Shown: positions 28,409 through 37,200 of the stretch, piece after piece
How positions within the stretch are numbered: the stretch's first letter is position 1
How the letters are laid out: the number at the start of each line of letters is the position of its first letter
Source of the DNA: an uncultured Thermodesulfobacteriota bacterium
GTDB taxonomy: Bacteria; Desulfobacterota; WTBG01; CAIYCZ01; CAIRTM01
Direction of reading: 5' to 3'
Assembly (NCBI GenBank): GCA_964518865.1
Contig: CAZFIB010000010.1
Span: forward strand, 153 to 64,152
DNA length: 64,000 nucleotides
Made by a program: the position numbers and the translations under genes
The notes under the pieces: generated by a model
Database searches by the model: none
Told to the model about the DNA's origin: nothing
The model's input: only the letters and a program-made list of their open reading frames with translations

Positions 28409-29649
28409 AAAAGCCACTATTATTTTTGATTGCCTGTACGTTTCTGTATTGCACTTCCGCGCAGGCCAAACAATCGACAGCGGTACGGGCTGTTGTGCTC
28501 CCGTTCGAGATATTCAGCCTCAGCCCTGCAAAGGTTGAAGGCGCAGATATTGCCCGTACGCTTGCTCAAAAGCTTGATTCCCATCGAAACATTATCGTTC
28601 CGGAGCAATCCTCCGTTAAGCGTGTGCTGCGGGATGATTTGCATTCATCCATGAGTGAAGACCAGCTGAAGACCATAGCCGGCCTTCTGGATGCTCATTT
28701 TATCGTTTTCGGAAGCCTGACGTGTCTGAACAACAGCTACAGCATGGATGCGCAGGTTTTCAATTCATTTGCCGGAGACAGGTATTTCAAGACATTTGCC
28801 GAGGGCGGTGATATTGAAGAGGTTGTTTCCGATGTTGCTGAAAAGACGTATCAGAGGATGATGGACCTGGCTGAACTCATTCCTCCCGTACGGCAGGTTA
28901 CTATTGATATTCCTGAAAACCGCACTCGAAAACTTCCCGGCGATCATTCTCCCCGCAAAGGAAATACTGAAGGAGAGTATATTTCTTTTGAGGATGAACT
29001 CAACCATGTTCTCGAGGGTGACATGCTTCACGAGCCCGTGGAGGAATCCGGTGAGGGGATGCCGGGGAGTACGGTTGCACCGCCTGAAACCGTTCCGGAA
29101 GCACAATCAGACGATGTGCGTGTGGCGCAATACGATATCGAGCCGGAACGTGACGAATCTGCGGATGAGGACGATCTCGATCCGGAGGACGCAGAGCCCG
29201 TCGAAGCACCCCCGGCAGCGCACGGCAAAAAGAAACAGCGGTCCATGTCATTTGACGGGCCGATATCCATCAATGCGGACACGCTTGAATATGACAATAA
29301 AAACAGCAGCGCAACGTTTACCGGCAATGTTGTCGCCCGTCAGGGTGATATTGTTATTTATGCCGAAAGGATCAAAAGCATTTACAGCCAGAGCGGGGGG
29401 CTCAAGCGCCTTTATGCGGTCGGGAATGTGAAAATCGTTCAGGGCGACCGCATCGCAACAGGCAAAAAAATTGTATTTTACAATGCTTCTCAGAAAATTG
29501 TTGCAACGGGCAATCCGCGGGTGTGGCAGGGCGATAATGTGATTCAGGGCAAAAAAATAACGGTTTTTTTAAAGGATGACAGGTATCTCGTCGAGGGAAC
29601 GCCGGGCAAACGGGTTTCAGCAACACTGCATCCGAAAAAAAAGAACTGA
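28405..29649 (+). CDS. lptA: LptA/OstA-domain protein with an N-terminal extension of about 270 aa (TolB-N/LpoB-like fold pattern plus acidic linker)
   Basis: C-terminal INADTLEYDNKNSSATFTGNVVARQGDIVIYAERI...ATGNPRVWQGDNVIQGKKITVF is the OstA/LptA pattern. The N-terminus has a signal peptide and VVLPFEIFS...AHFIVFGSL. ATGA overlap with lptC. Confidence 0.75.
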   Translation: MKKPLLFLIACTFLYCTSAQAKQSTAVRAVVLPFEIFSLSPAKVEGADIARTLAQKLDSHRNIIVPEQSSVKRVLRDDLHSSMSEDQLKTIAGLLDAHFIVFGSLTCLNNSYSMDAQVFNSFAGDRYFKTFAEGGDIEEVVSDVAEKTYQRMMDLAELIPPVRQVTIDIPENRTRKLPGDHSPRKGNTEGEYISFEDELNHVLEGDMLHEPVEESGEGMPGSTVAPPETVPEAQSDDVRVAQYDIEPERDESADEDDLDPEDAEPVEAPPAAHGKKKQRSMSFDGPISINADTLEYDNKNSSATFTGNVVARQGDIVIYAERIKSIYSQSGGLKRLYAVGNVKIVQGDRIATGKKIVFYNASQKIVATGNPRVWQGDNVIQGKKITVFLKDDRYLVEGTPGKRVSATLHPKKKN

Positions 29650-29782
29650 GTGCTGTCTTTTCGCAATAATACGCTATACTGGATTATGTATGCGAGCGGA
29701 ATTCACTTCACGCATGCCCGGCAGTTTCTGAAGCATACAATGAGCATTTCCGCATACTAACCGTAAGTAATCGAGAAGGCAT

Positions 29783-30505
29783 ATGGGACGATTACGGTCT
29801 GATTCACTTATAAAACGGTTTGGTGAAAAAACGGTCGTCAACAGCATTTCGCTCGATGTTCATCAGGGCGAGGTTGTCGGCCTTCTCGGGCCCAACGGCG
29901 CCGGTAAAACAACAACATTTTATATGCTTGTCGGCATGTATGATCCCGACGGGGGAAGGGTATTCTTTAATAACGAAGATATTACCGAAAGCCCGATGTA
30001 TGTTCGTGCCCGCAAGGGTATTACCTACCTGCCTCAGGAAACATCTATTTTCAGAAAACTGACTGTCAGGGAAAACATATTGGCGATTCTGGAAACAATG
30101 CCACTCACGCGGGACGATATGCATGAGCGCCTCCAGGCGCATCTCAACGATCTCAATATAGGCCACATCGCCGATCGAAAAGCCTACCTGCTGTCGGGAG
30201 GGGAGCGACGGCGTGTCGAAATCACGCGAGCCCTTGTGACGTCACCCCAGTTTATTCTTTTCGACGAGCCTTTTACGGGGATCGATCCGATTGCCGTGCA
30301 GGATATACAGGAAATTATTCGTGAACTGACAGCCCGAGGAATCGGTGTGCTGATTTCCGATCATAATGTACGAGAGACGCTCAATATTTGTGACAGGGCA
30401 TACATCATGTATGAAGGAACCGTGCTCGAAGAAGGTGCACCTGAAACGATCATACAGAGCAGCAGAGCGAGAAGTATATATTTAGGTGAAAATTTCAGCA
30501 TGTAA
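29783..30505 (+). CDS. lptB: LPS export ABC transporter ATP-binding protein
   Basis: Walker A GPNGAGKTT, signature LSGGERRR, Walker B ILFDEP. Confidence 0.92.
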   Translation: MGRLRSDSLIKRFGEKTVVNSISLDVHQGEVVGLLGPNGAGKTTTFYMLVGMYDPDGGRVFFNNEDITESPMYVRARKGITYLPQETSIFRKLTVRENILAILETMPLTRDDMHERLQAHLNDLNIGHIADRKAYLLSGGERRRVEITRALVTSPQFILFDEPFTGIDPIAVQDIQEIIRELTARGIGVLISDHNVRETLNICDRAYIMYEGTVLEEGAPETIIQSSRARSIYLGENFSM

Positions 30506-30610
30506 TATTCGCGGTTTGATGAATGCATATCCGGCCTGCTTAAGGAACGTTATGCAGTTGTGCAGGGAAAGCCAATCGCGATTTGCTGATACACTTCTAA
30601 TGCGATTATC

Positions 30611-32035
30611 ATGGAACTGAAACAGCAACTGAAATTATCACAGCAGCTTGTCATGACTCCACAGCTGCAACAGGCGATCAAGCTGCTGCAGCTTTCGCGC
30701 CTTGAGCTCACGGATTTGATTCGTCAGGAGATTGATGAAAATCCGGTGCTCGATGAAACTCTTGATGCCGGGCCGCAGACCGATACGTTGCAAAGTGAGC
30801 AGGAACAGAATACGCCCGATGCGAACGAATCACCCGAGTCCCCGGGTGATCAGGTTGACAAAGAATTCGACTGGAAAGACTATGTTGAGAGCTCTGTCAG
30901 CCCTTCCCGCAGTACCTACATTGCTTCAGACCGCGAGGAGCTCGAGCCTGTTATTACCCGCCAGGCATCCTTTGAAGACCATCTGCTCTGGCAGCTGCAC
31001 CTGTACAGCCTCGATGCTACGGAAACGGCGATTGGTGAATATATTATCGGTAACCTTAATCGTAACGGTTATCTTCAGGTCACACTCGAGGAGGTTGCAG
31101 CCGAAACCGGCGCGGACATGCAAACCGTCGAACGGGTTCATGAACGGATAAAAATGTTCGACCCTGTCGGGGTAGCCTCACGAACGCTTCAGGAATGTCT
31201 GCTGGCACAGGCTGCGTTCCTGCCGAACGCCGGGCCGCTTGTTTTTTCCATTATCTCCAACAACATGAAGGAGCTTGAACGGAAGAAATATCAAACCATA
31301 GCAAAAAGTCTCAAGGTTTCACTGAAAGAGGTTGTTGATGCCTGTGAAGTTATCGGCGATATGGAGCCGCGACCGGGACGCGCATACGGTGCAAACGAAA
31401 CGCAATATATTACTCCCGATATTTATGTGGAAAAAGTTGACGGTGAGTATGTTGTCATCCTCAATGAGGACGGACAACCCAAGCTCAGAATTAATTCATT
31501 TTATAAAAACATTCTTTCCAGCAGCGAAGTAGAATCAAACAAGGCTCGGGACTATATTCAGGATAAGCTGCGATCGGCCGTATGGCTTATCAAGAGTGTG
31601 TACCACCGACAGACGACTATTGTAAATGTCATGAACAGCATCATACGATTTCAAAGGGACTTTTTCGAAAACGGTTCGGGGCACCTCAAGCCGCTTGTGC
31701 TTCGGGATGTTGCCGAGGATGTCGGAATGCATGAATCCAATATCAGCAGAATAACCACCAACAAGTACGTTCATACGCCGCACGGCATTTTCGAGCTGAA
31801 GTATTTTTTCAACAGCGGCCTTGCTTCCGATAATGGAGAGGCCATAGCTTCCGAAAGTGTAAAAAACAAGATCAGTGATATCATTCGGAATGAGGACCAC
31901 TACAAGCCCCTGAGCGATCAGGAGATTGCCAACATGCTGAAAAGACAGGGTATCAACATTGCCCGTCGCACCGTAACCAAGTACCGGGAGATGCTCAATG
32001 TGCTGTCTTCCTCAAAAAGAAAAAAACACAGATAA
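30611..32035 (+). CDS. rpoN: RNA polymerase sigma-54
   Basis: N-terminal LKLSQQLVMTPQLQQAIKLLQLS and C-terminal RpoN box ARRTVTKYRE. Confidence 0.95.
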   Translation: MELKQQLKLSQQLVMTPQLQQAIKLLQLSRLELTDLIRQEIDENPVLDETLDAGPQTDTLQSEQEQNTPDANESPESPGDQVDKEFDWKDYVESSVSPSRSTYIASDREELEPVITRQASFEDHLLWQLHLYSLDATETAIGEYIIGNLNRNGYLQVTLEEVAAETGADMQTVERVHERIKMFDPVGVASRTLQECLLAQAAFLPNAGPLVFSIISNNMKELERKKYQTIAKSLKVSLKEVVDACEVIGDMEPRPGRAYGANETQYITPDIYVEKVDGEYVVILNEDGQPKLRINSFYKNILSSSEVESNKARDYIQDKLRSAVWLIKSVYHRQTTIVNVMNSIIRFQRDFFENGSGHLKPLVLRDVAEDVGMHESNISRITTNKYVHTPHGIFELKYFFNSGLASDNGEAIASESVKNKISDIIRNEDHYKPLSDQEIANMLKRQGINIARRTVTKYREMLNVLSSSKRKKHR

Positions 32036-32060
32036 TGCCGGAAGTGAAAAGGAGTGACTA

Positions 32061-32597
32061 ATGGACATCGCCGTAACGTTTCGTCATCTGGAACCAAACG
32101 ACGCATTGCGTGAATACGCTCAAGAGAAAATATCGAGAATTGAGAAATACAGCTCTACCATATCCGAAGCGCATGCCATTCTGTCGATCGAAAAACGCAG
32201 CCACATAGCCGAGGTAATCGTTAATGTCAACAAGGCGCAGATTACAGCCAAAGAGATTAGCGAGGACAATATGTGCTCAGCCATAGATCTCGTTATGGAT
32301 AAGATCGAGCGCCAGGTCAAAAAGCACAAAGACAAGCTTACCAGCCATAAGGAGCTTCACAGGAAGGCACGGCATAATGTCTTTGCAGGCGCAGCGGCAG
32401 ACAGTTATGAACGGCCCAGCATCGTTAAAACAGAGAGTGTTTTTATTGAGGCTATGTCACCTGACGATGCTATTAAGCACATCAGTGAAAAAGAAGATGA
32501 TTTTTTTGTTTTCCGCAATTCCGATACCGAAAAGGTCAGCGTTCTCTACCGCAGACGGGATGGTGATCTTGGTTTGATAGAACCTGAAAACACATGA
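32061..32597 (+). CDS. hpf: ribosome hibernation promoting factor (long form)
   Basis: 178 aa with a sigma-54 modulation protein/S30EA pattern and a C-terminal dimerisation extension. Position after rpoN. Confidence 0.9.
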   Translation: MDIAVTFRHLEPNDALREYAQEKISRIEKYSSTISEAHAILSIEKRSHIAEVIVNVNKAQITAKEISEDNMCSAIDLVMDKIERQVKKHKDKLTSHKELHRKARHNVFAGAAADSYERPSIVKTESVFIEAMSPDDAIKHISEKEDDFFVFRNSDTEKVSVLYRRRDGDLGLIEPENT

Positions 32598-32624
32598 TTG
32601 ATGACTTGTCAGGGAATATGCCGC

Positions 32625-33092
32625 ATGAAGATTAGAGACTATATTGAAAACAGTTTGATTATCGCTGACTTAAAAGGTAAAACAAAAAAGCAGGTTCTTG
32701 AGGAGCTTGTCGGACACCTTGCGAGTACCTGCGCCGCCATTGATTCGGATGAGCTGCTGCGTGTGCTTATTGAGCGGGAAAAGCTCGGCAGTACGGGAAT
32801 CGGCAACGGTATCGCGATACCGCACGGCAAACTGAGCGGTATCAAGGATATCGCTCTGGTGTTCGGTAAAAGTTCTTCGGGAATCGACTTTGATTCGATA
32901 GACGGCAAGCCGGTTCAGCTTTTTTTTCTACTGGTTGCACCTGCAAATTCCGCGGGCGTTCATTTGAAGGCACTTGCACGCCTGTCCCGGCTTCTTAAGG
33001 ATTCATCATTCAGGACACGTCTGCTCGATTCCCGGGATGCGGATCAGCTCTACGATATCATTATCTCCGAGGATGAAAAAATATCGCTTTGA
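32625..33092 (+). CDS. ptsN: PTS IIA(Ntr)-type regulatory protein
   Basis: GIGNGIAIPHG with the phosphorylatable His. Start re-picked to MKIRDYIE (ATG 32625). Confidence 0.88.
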   Translation: MKIRDYIENSLIIADLKGKTKKQVLEELVGHLASTCAAIDSDELLRVLIEREKLGSTGIGNGIAIPHGKLSGIKDIALVFGKSSSGIDFDSIDGKPVQLFFLLVAPANSAGVHLKALARLSRLLKDSSFRTRLLDSRDADQLYDIIISEDEKISL

Positions 33093-33097
33093 GCGCC

Positions 33098-33964
33098 ATG
33101 ACCAAGGACTTAAGCATTATTATTATAAGCGGACTTTCAGGTTCGGGAAAAAGTACCGCACTGAAGGCCCTTGAAGACCTGGGTTTTTTTTGTGTCGACA
33201 ATATGCCGATCCTGCTTTTGCCCAAGTTTATCGAACTGTGCACCATTTCAACAGATGATATATCACGGGTCGCACTCGGCATGGATGCCCGTGAAGGTTC
33301 TTTTCTCAAGCAGTTTCGCCCGACGCTTCACGAGCTTCGAAAGCAGGGTTATAAAACCGAGCTGATTTTTATTGACTGCGATGATGAAATTCTCATACAG
33401 CGTTTCAGCGAAACCAGACGCCAGCATCCTCTGAGCTCGGCCGGTTCGGTCAGCGAAGGAATTGTGCGTGAGCGTGAGATGATGAGTGAGCTCAAGTCGC
33501 ATGCCGACAGAGTGATCGATACGTCCGAGCTCAATGTGCATCAGCTGCGGTCGATTCTGAAAGAATATTTTGTGCGTTTTTCGAAACGCGATATGGCGAT
33601 TACGTACATGTCGTTCGGCTATAAATACGGAGTGCCGCATGATGCGGATGTTGTTCTGGATGTGCGTTTTCTGCCGAACCCGTATTTTGTCAGGGACCTG
33701 AAAGATCTCACCGGAAACGATGAACGGGTGTCGCAGTACGTGTTCGAAAGGCCGGAAGCAAAGGAGTTTATAGAAAAACTTACGGAATTCCTGTCATTCC
33801 AAATTCCTCTTTTTGAGCGTGAGGGCAAATCGTATCTGACTGTTGCGGTCGGCTGCACCGGGGGACGGCACAGATCCGTTGCCATCGTCAACCACCTGAA
33901 AAATCATTACGCTACAAAGCGAGAGAGGGTTTTCAGTATTCACCGCGATATGGAACGCGTCTGA
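33098..33964 (+). CDS. rapZ: RNase adapter / nucleotide-binding protein RapZ (YhbJ)
   Basis: P-loop GLSGSGKS near the N-terminus, C-terminal GCTGGRHRSV motif. ATG 33098 chosen (TTG 33089 also in frame). Confidence 0.92.
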   Translation: MTKDLSIIIISGLSGSGKSTALKALEDLGFFCVDNMPILLLPKFIELCTISTDDISRVALGMDAREGSFLKQFRPTLHELRKQGYKTELIFIDCDDEILIQRFSETRRQHPLSSAGSVSEGIVREREMMSELKSHADRVIDTSELNVHQLRSILKEYFVRFSKRDMAITYMSFGYKYGVPHDADVVLDVRFLPNPYFVRDLKDLTGNDERVSQYVFERPEAKEFIEKLTEFLSFQIPLFEREGKSYLTVAVGCTGGRHRSVAIVNHLKNHYATKRERVFSIHRDMERV

Positions 33965-34195
33965 AGACGATTGTGCAGTGACGCCTGCATGATGTCGGCA
34001 GATTGTTCACTGGTACCTATGTATTGCCGTGTATCTGTATGGTTTGCAGCGTATATAATGTGCTCTTCGTCATTTGAGACCTGCCTGGCTGATGATGCTG
34101 AAAGCAGGCATGGTATCAGGCCATGTCCAAACAGCGGAAAGCTTTCGGATGCAGTATGAGGGTCCACAAAACCGCGTGCATCACCCAGGAGCACT

Positions 34196-34300
34196 GTTTT
34201 ACTGTCTCACGCGGGTAGCAAAACCCTGCCTTTGGGCGAAGATTTCAGTATGTCCGGGCCGTTCTGTTTTTTTTTACAAGGGAACCCGTGTGAAAATTTC
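34196..34300 (+). repeat. copy A of a colinear conserved leader element (blocks 1-4) upstream of the PTS EIIA(Man) gene
   Basis: Blocks are GTTTTACTGTCTCACGCGGGTAG, CAAAACCCTGCCTT, GGCGAAGATTTCAGTATG and CCCGTGTGAAAATTTC. They occur in the same order as in 40139-40292. Confidence 0.55.
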
Positions 34301-34386
34301 TGTTAAGTGAATGTAATAGATTCCCGCTTCAGCGGGATACGGACTCTACCCCGACATGTCGGGGCGGCAATTCAATTCCGGGGTGT

Positions 34387-34794
34387 ATGATGGTAGGTAT
34401 AGTTCTTGTCTGTCACTGTCACCTGGCCAGTGAGATTGAGACGGTAATAACCTCGATCGTCGGACGTGTAGACGGTTTGAGAACGGTATGTTTCGAGCAG
34501 GGTGAGCCCAACGAAGAATCCATGCAAAAAGTTGCCGCAGCAATCCGGGAGGTCGACGGAGGCGATGGTGTGCTGATATTAACCGATATGTTCGGCGGCA
34601 CACCATCAAACCTGAGCCTTTCGTTTCTCGAAGAAAAAAAAGTTGAAGTTATAACCGGCGTCAATATACCGATGCTCATCAGGCTTATTACCGTGCGTCA
34701 CAACAATGACCAACTGCAGCAGCTTGCTGAAGACTTGAAGAACTACGGACAGAATAATATATGTATAGCCAGCGAGCTTTTGAAACAGAAATGA
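34387..34794 (+). CDS. PTS EIIA, mannose/fructose family
   Basis: MVGIVLVCHCHLASE (His-containing N-terminal loop), ILTDMFGGTPSN. Confidence 0.8.
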   Translation: MMVGIVLVCHCHLASEIETVITSIVGRVDGLRTVCFEQGEPNEESMQKVAAAIREVDGGDGVLILTDMFGGTPSNLSLSFLEEKKVEVITGVNIPMLIRLITVRHNNDQLQQLAEDLKNYGQNNICIASELLKQK

Positions 34795-35288
34795 TGACGC
34801 AAACATATGCGACGGGTCAGGCGGTTGAACTGCGGAAAATCGGCACGAATGATTTGGACAGGATCGTTCTGATCGAAAGACGATGTTTTGAAAGCCCATG
34901 GTCCAGGCGACAGTTTGAACACGAAATTAATCTGGATTGCAGCATTGCTTTTGCAGCTGTCCGACGACCGGACGACAACGCTGAAATTATCGGATATATA
35001 TGCGCCTGGATAGTGCGCGACGAATGCACTGTCAATAAAATCGCATGCACACCGTCGCGGCAGCGGACAGGCATCGGTTCACGACTGCTTCATCATATGA
35101 TGCAGCATGCCGGCAATAGCGGTGCCGGCGTGATTCATCTCGAAACCTGCGAGAGCAATGCTGCGGCACAGTGTTTTTATGGAAAACACGGCTTTATACA
35201 GGTCGGCAGGCGCAGAGCGTATTACCCCGGTAACGTCGAACATGCTGTTCTGATGTCGGCGGCGACTCCCGTAAGCCATGAAGGGTGA
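34791..35288 (+). CDS. rimI: GNAT N-acetyltransferase, RimI-like
   Basis: ERRCFESPWS and RQRTGIGSRLL (acetyl-CoA loop) motifs, and FYGKHGF. ATGA overlap with the EIIA stop. Confidence 0.75.
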   Translation: MMTQTYATGQAVELRKIGTNDLDRIVLIERRCFESPWSRRQFEHEINLDCSIAFAAVRRPDDNAEIIGYICAWIVRDECTVNKIACTPSRQRTGIGSRLLHHMMQHAGNSGAGVIHLETCESNAAAQCFYGKHGFIQVGRRRAYYPGNVEHAVLMSAATPVSHEG

Positions 35289-35295
35289 AGCAGCT

Positions 35296-36120
35296 ATGCC
35301 TGTATCCGGCAGAAAGTACGGTATGTGTTCGGCTCGTGTTGTCGGCAACGGGAGGCATGCCGGTGGTATATACGCAGCAACGATTGCTTCTCCTGAAATA
35401 GCCGCCACAGCGCAGCCCGGTCAATTTGTAATGTTTCGCCCGGCCGGCGGGACAACCGCTCCTCTGTTAATGCGTCCCTTCAGCATCGGGCGCGTGCATG
35501 ACCAATGTTTTGATATTTTCTACCTGGTGCGCGGAAGCGGTACCGCTATAATGTCGCGGTGGTGTGCCGGCCAGGTAATTGATGTTGTCGGGCCCCTCGG
35601 GAACGGGTTCGACGCCGGCGGTGAGATGCTCCATGCCCTGCTGATCGGCGGCGGTGTCGGAGCCGCTCCATTGGTTTTTCTTGCAGACAGATTGTGCGCC
35701 GCAAAGCTTTCAGGTGATATCACGTGTGTTCTCGGTGGCCGCACGCATGCCGACATAGACTTTTTCGTGAAACAGCTCGCGGCATCGTGCAGGGTCATTA
35801 CCGCCACCGAGGACGGCAGCAGCGGGGAGCGCGGCCTGGTAACCGATATCGTTCGGTCGTATCTCAGCGAAATTTCAGGAAACGGTATGCATCTGTTCGG
35901 CTGTGGTCCGATGCCGATGGCACGTATGCTTGCCGGCATTGCCGATGAAAAAGAACTTCAGTGCCAGATTTCTCTTGAAGCGCGAATGGCGTGCGGGGTC
36001 GGCGCATGCCTCGGCTGCGTCGTCGACAGCTCGCATGCTGCGCGTGAGCGGTACTGGCGGGTGTGCCGCGACGGCCCTGTTTTTAATGCAAGAGATATCG
36101 ACTGGAATGCTGTCGATTGA
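35296..36120 (+). CDS. pyrK: dihydroorotate dehydrogenase B electron-transfer subunit
   Basis: PGQFVMFRP, RPFSI, and C-terminal 2Fe-2S Cys cluster MACGVGACLGC. The start is uncertain (ATG 35278, 35296 or 35323). Confidence 0.85.
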   Translation: MPVSGRKYGMCSARVVGNGRHAGGIYAATIASPEIAATAQPGQFVMFRPAGGTTAPLLMRPFSIGRVHDQCFDIFYLVRGSGTAIMSRWCAGQVIDVVGPLGNGFDAGGEMLHALLIGGGVGAAPLVFLADRLCAAKLSGDITCVLGGRTHADIDFFVKQLAASCRVITATEDGSSGERGLVTDIVRSYLSEISGNGMHLFGCGPMPMARMLAGIADEKELQCQISLEARMACGVGACLGCVVDSSHAARERYWRVCRDGPVFNARDIDWNAVD

Positions 36121-36261
36121 CATCGATTTGTGAGAACTGCACATGCGTAAATCATCGCTCCGCCGGGACAATCATTTTGAACCGTGATCTCAGGATATCC
36201 CCCTGATATGCCCGACCGGGATGATGTCCGCCTGGACTGTCACGCAATACGCAAGAGGCCT

Positions 36262-37173
36262 ATGATCGACCTGAATATTGAAATTGCAGGCATTGGTTTT
36301 TCTAATCCCGTCATGGCGGCTTCCGGCACATTCGGCTACGGCGATGAATATGCGGGACTCATAGATGCCGCCGGACTTGGTGCCATTGTCACCAAAGGCA
36401 TTTCACTGAAGCCCTCGCCGGGCAACCCTCCCCCGCGCATTGCTGAAACACCTTCGGGAATGCTGAACGCCATCGGTCTTCACAATGTCGGACTGCAACG
36501 GTTTGTCGAAGACAAAATTCCGTTTCTGCGCAAATGCGGGACGCGCGTCATCGTCAATTTTTACGGTTCGACGGTAAGCGACTATGTTCATCTGGCTGAG
36601 CGCCTCAGCGTCATCGATATTATAGACGCCCTGGAGGTGAATATTTCATGTCCGAATATACACAAGGGCGGTATCGCATTCGGTACTGATCGCAGGATGG
36701 CGGCAGATCTTGTGCGTGCGGTACGGAAGGCAACCGCAAAACCGCTGATAGTAAAGCTCTCTCCGAATGTTACCGATATTGCTGAAATCGCCGCTGCGGT
36801 TGAAGCCGCAGGAGCCGACGCGCTTTCGCTCGTCAACACCGTTACCGGTATGGTAATCGATACAGAGACATGCAGGCCGGTGCTTGCCAACGGTACCGGC
36901 GGACTGTCCGGTCCGGCGATAAGGCCGATCGCACTCCGCATGGTGTGGCAGACGGTGCAGCGGGTATCGATACCGGTTATCGGCATAGGCGGCATACTCG
37001 GCCCGGATGACGCGCTGCAGTTTCTTCTGGCCGGGGCACGGGCTGTGCAGATCGGGACCGGCCTGTTCGTCGACCCGGCCGCTCCCGCAAAAATCATTCA
37101 GGGAATATCGGATTATATGCGCGATCGGGGGTATGAGACGGTGGAGCAGCTAATCGGACGTGCACGGTGTTGA
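36262..37173 (+). CDS. pyrD: dihydroorotate dehydrogenase, catalytic subunit (class 1B)
   Basis: GIGFSNPVMAASGTFGYG, NISCPN, GGLSGPAIRPIAL. Start re-picked to MIDLNIE behind AAGAGG. Confidence 0.92.
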   Translation: MIDLNIEIAGIGFSNPVMAASGTFGYGDEYAGLIDAAGLGAIVTKGISLKPSPGNPPPRIAETPSGMLNAIGLHNVGLQRFVEDKIPFLRKCGTRVIVNFYGSTVSDYVHLAERLSVIDIIDALEVNISCPNIHKGGIAFGTDRRMAADLVRAVRKATAKPLIVKLSPNVTDIAEIAAAVEAAGADALSLVNTVTGMVIDTETCRPVLANGTGGLSGPAIRPIALRMVWQTVQRVSIPVIGIGGILGPDDALQFLLAGARAVQIGTGLFVDPAAPAKIIQGISDYMRDRGYETVEQLIGRARC

Positions 37174-37200
37174 GGATCAGAAGAAGCGGAGAATGCGGTT

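Noticed and set aside
34074-34310. 78-aa ORF in the rapZ-EIIA gap, and the analogous 66-aa ORF at 40075-40275 in the proS-rel gap
   Set aside because: The similarity between the two regions is at nucleotide level with indels that break frame. The translations are not similar as proteins, and there is no Shine-Dalgarno sequence. I treat these regions as non-coding leader elements (see findings).
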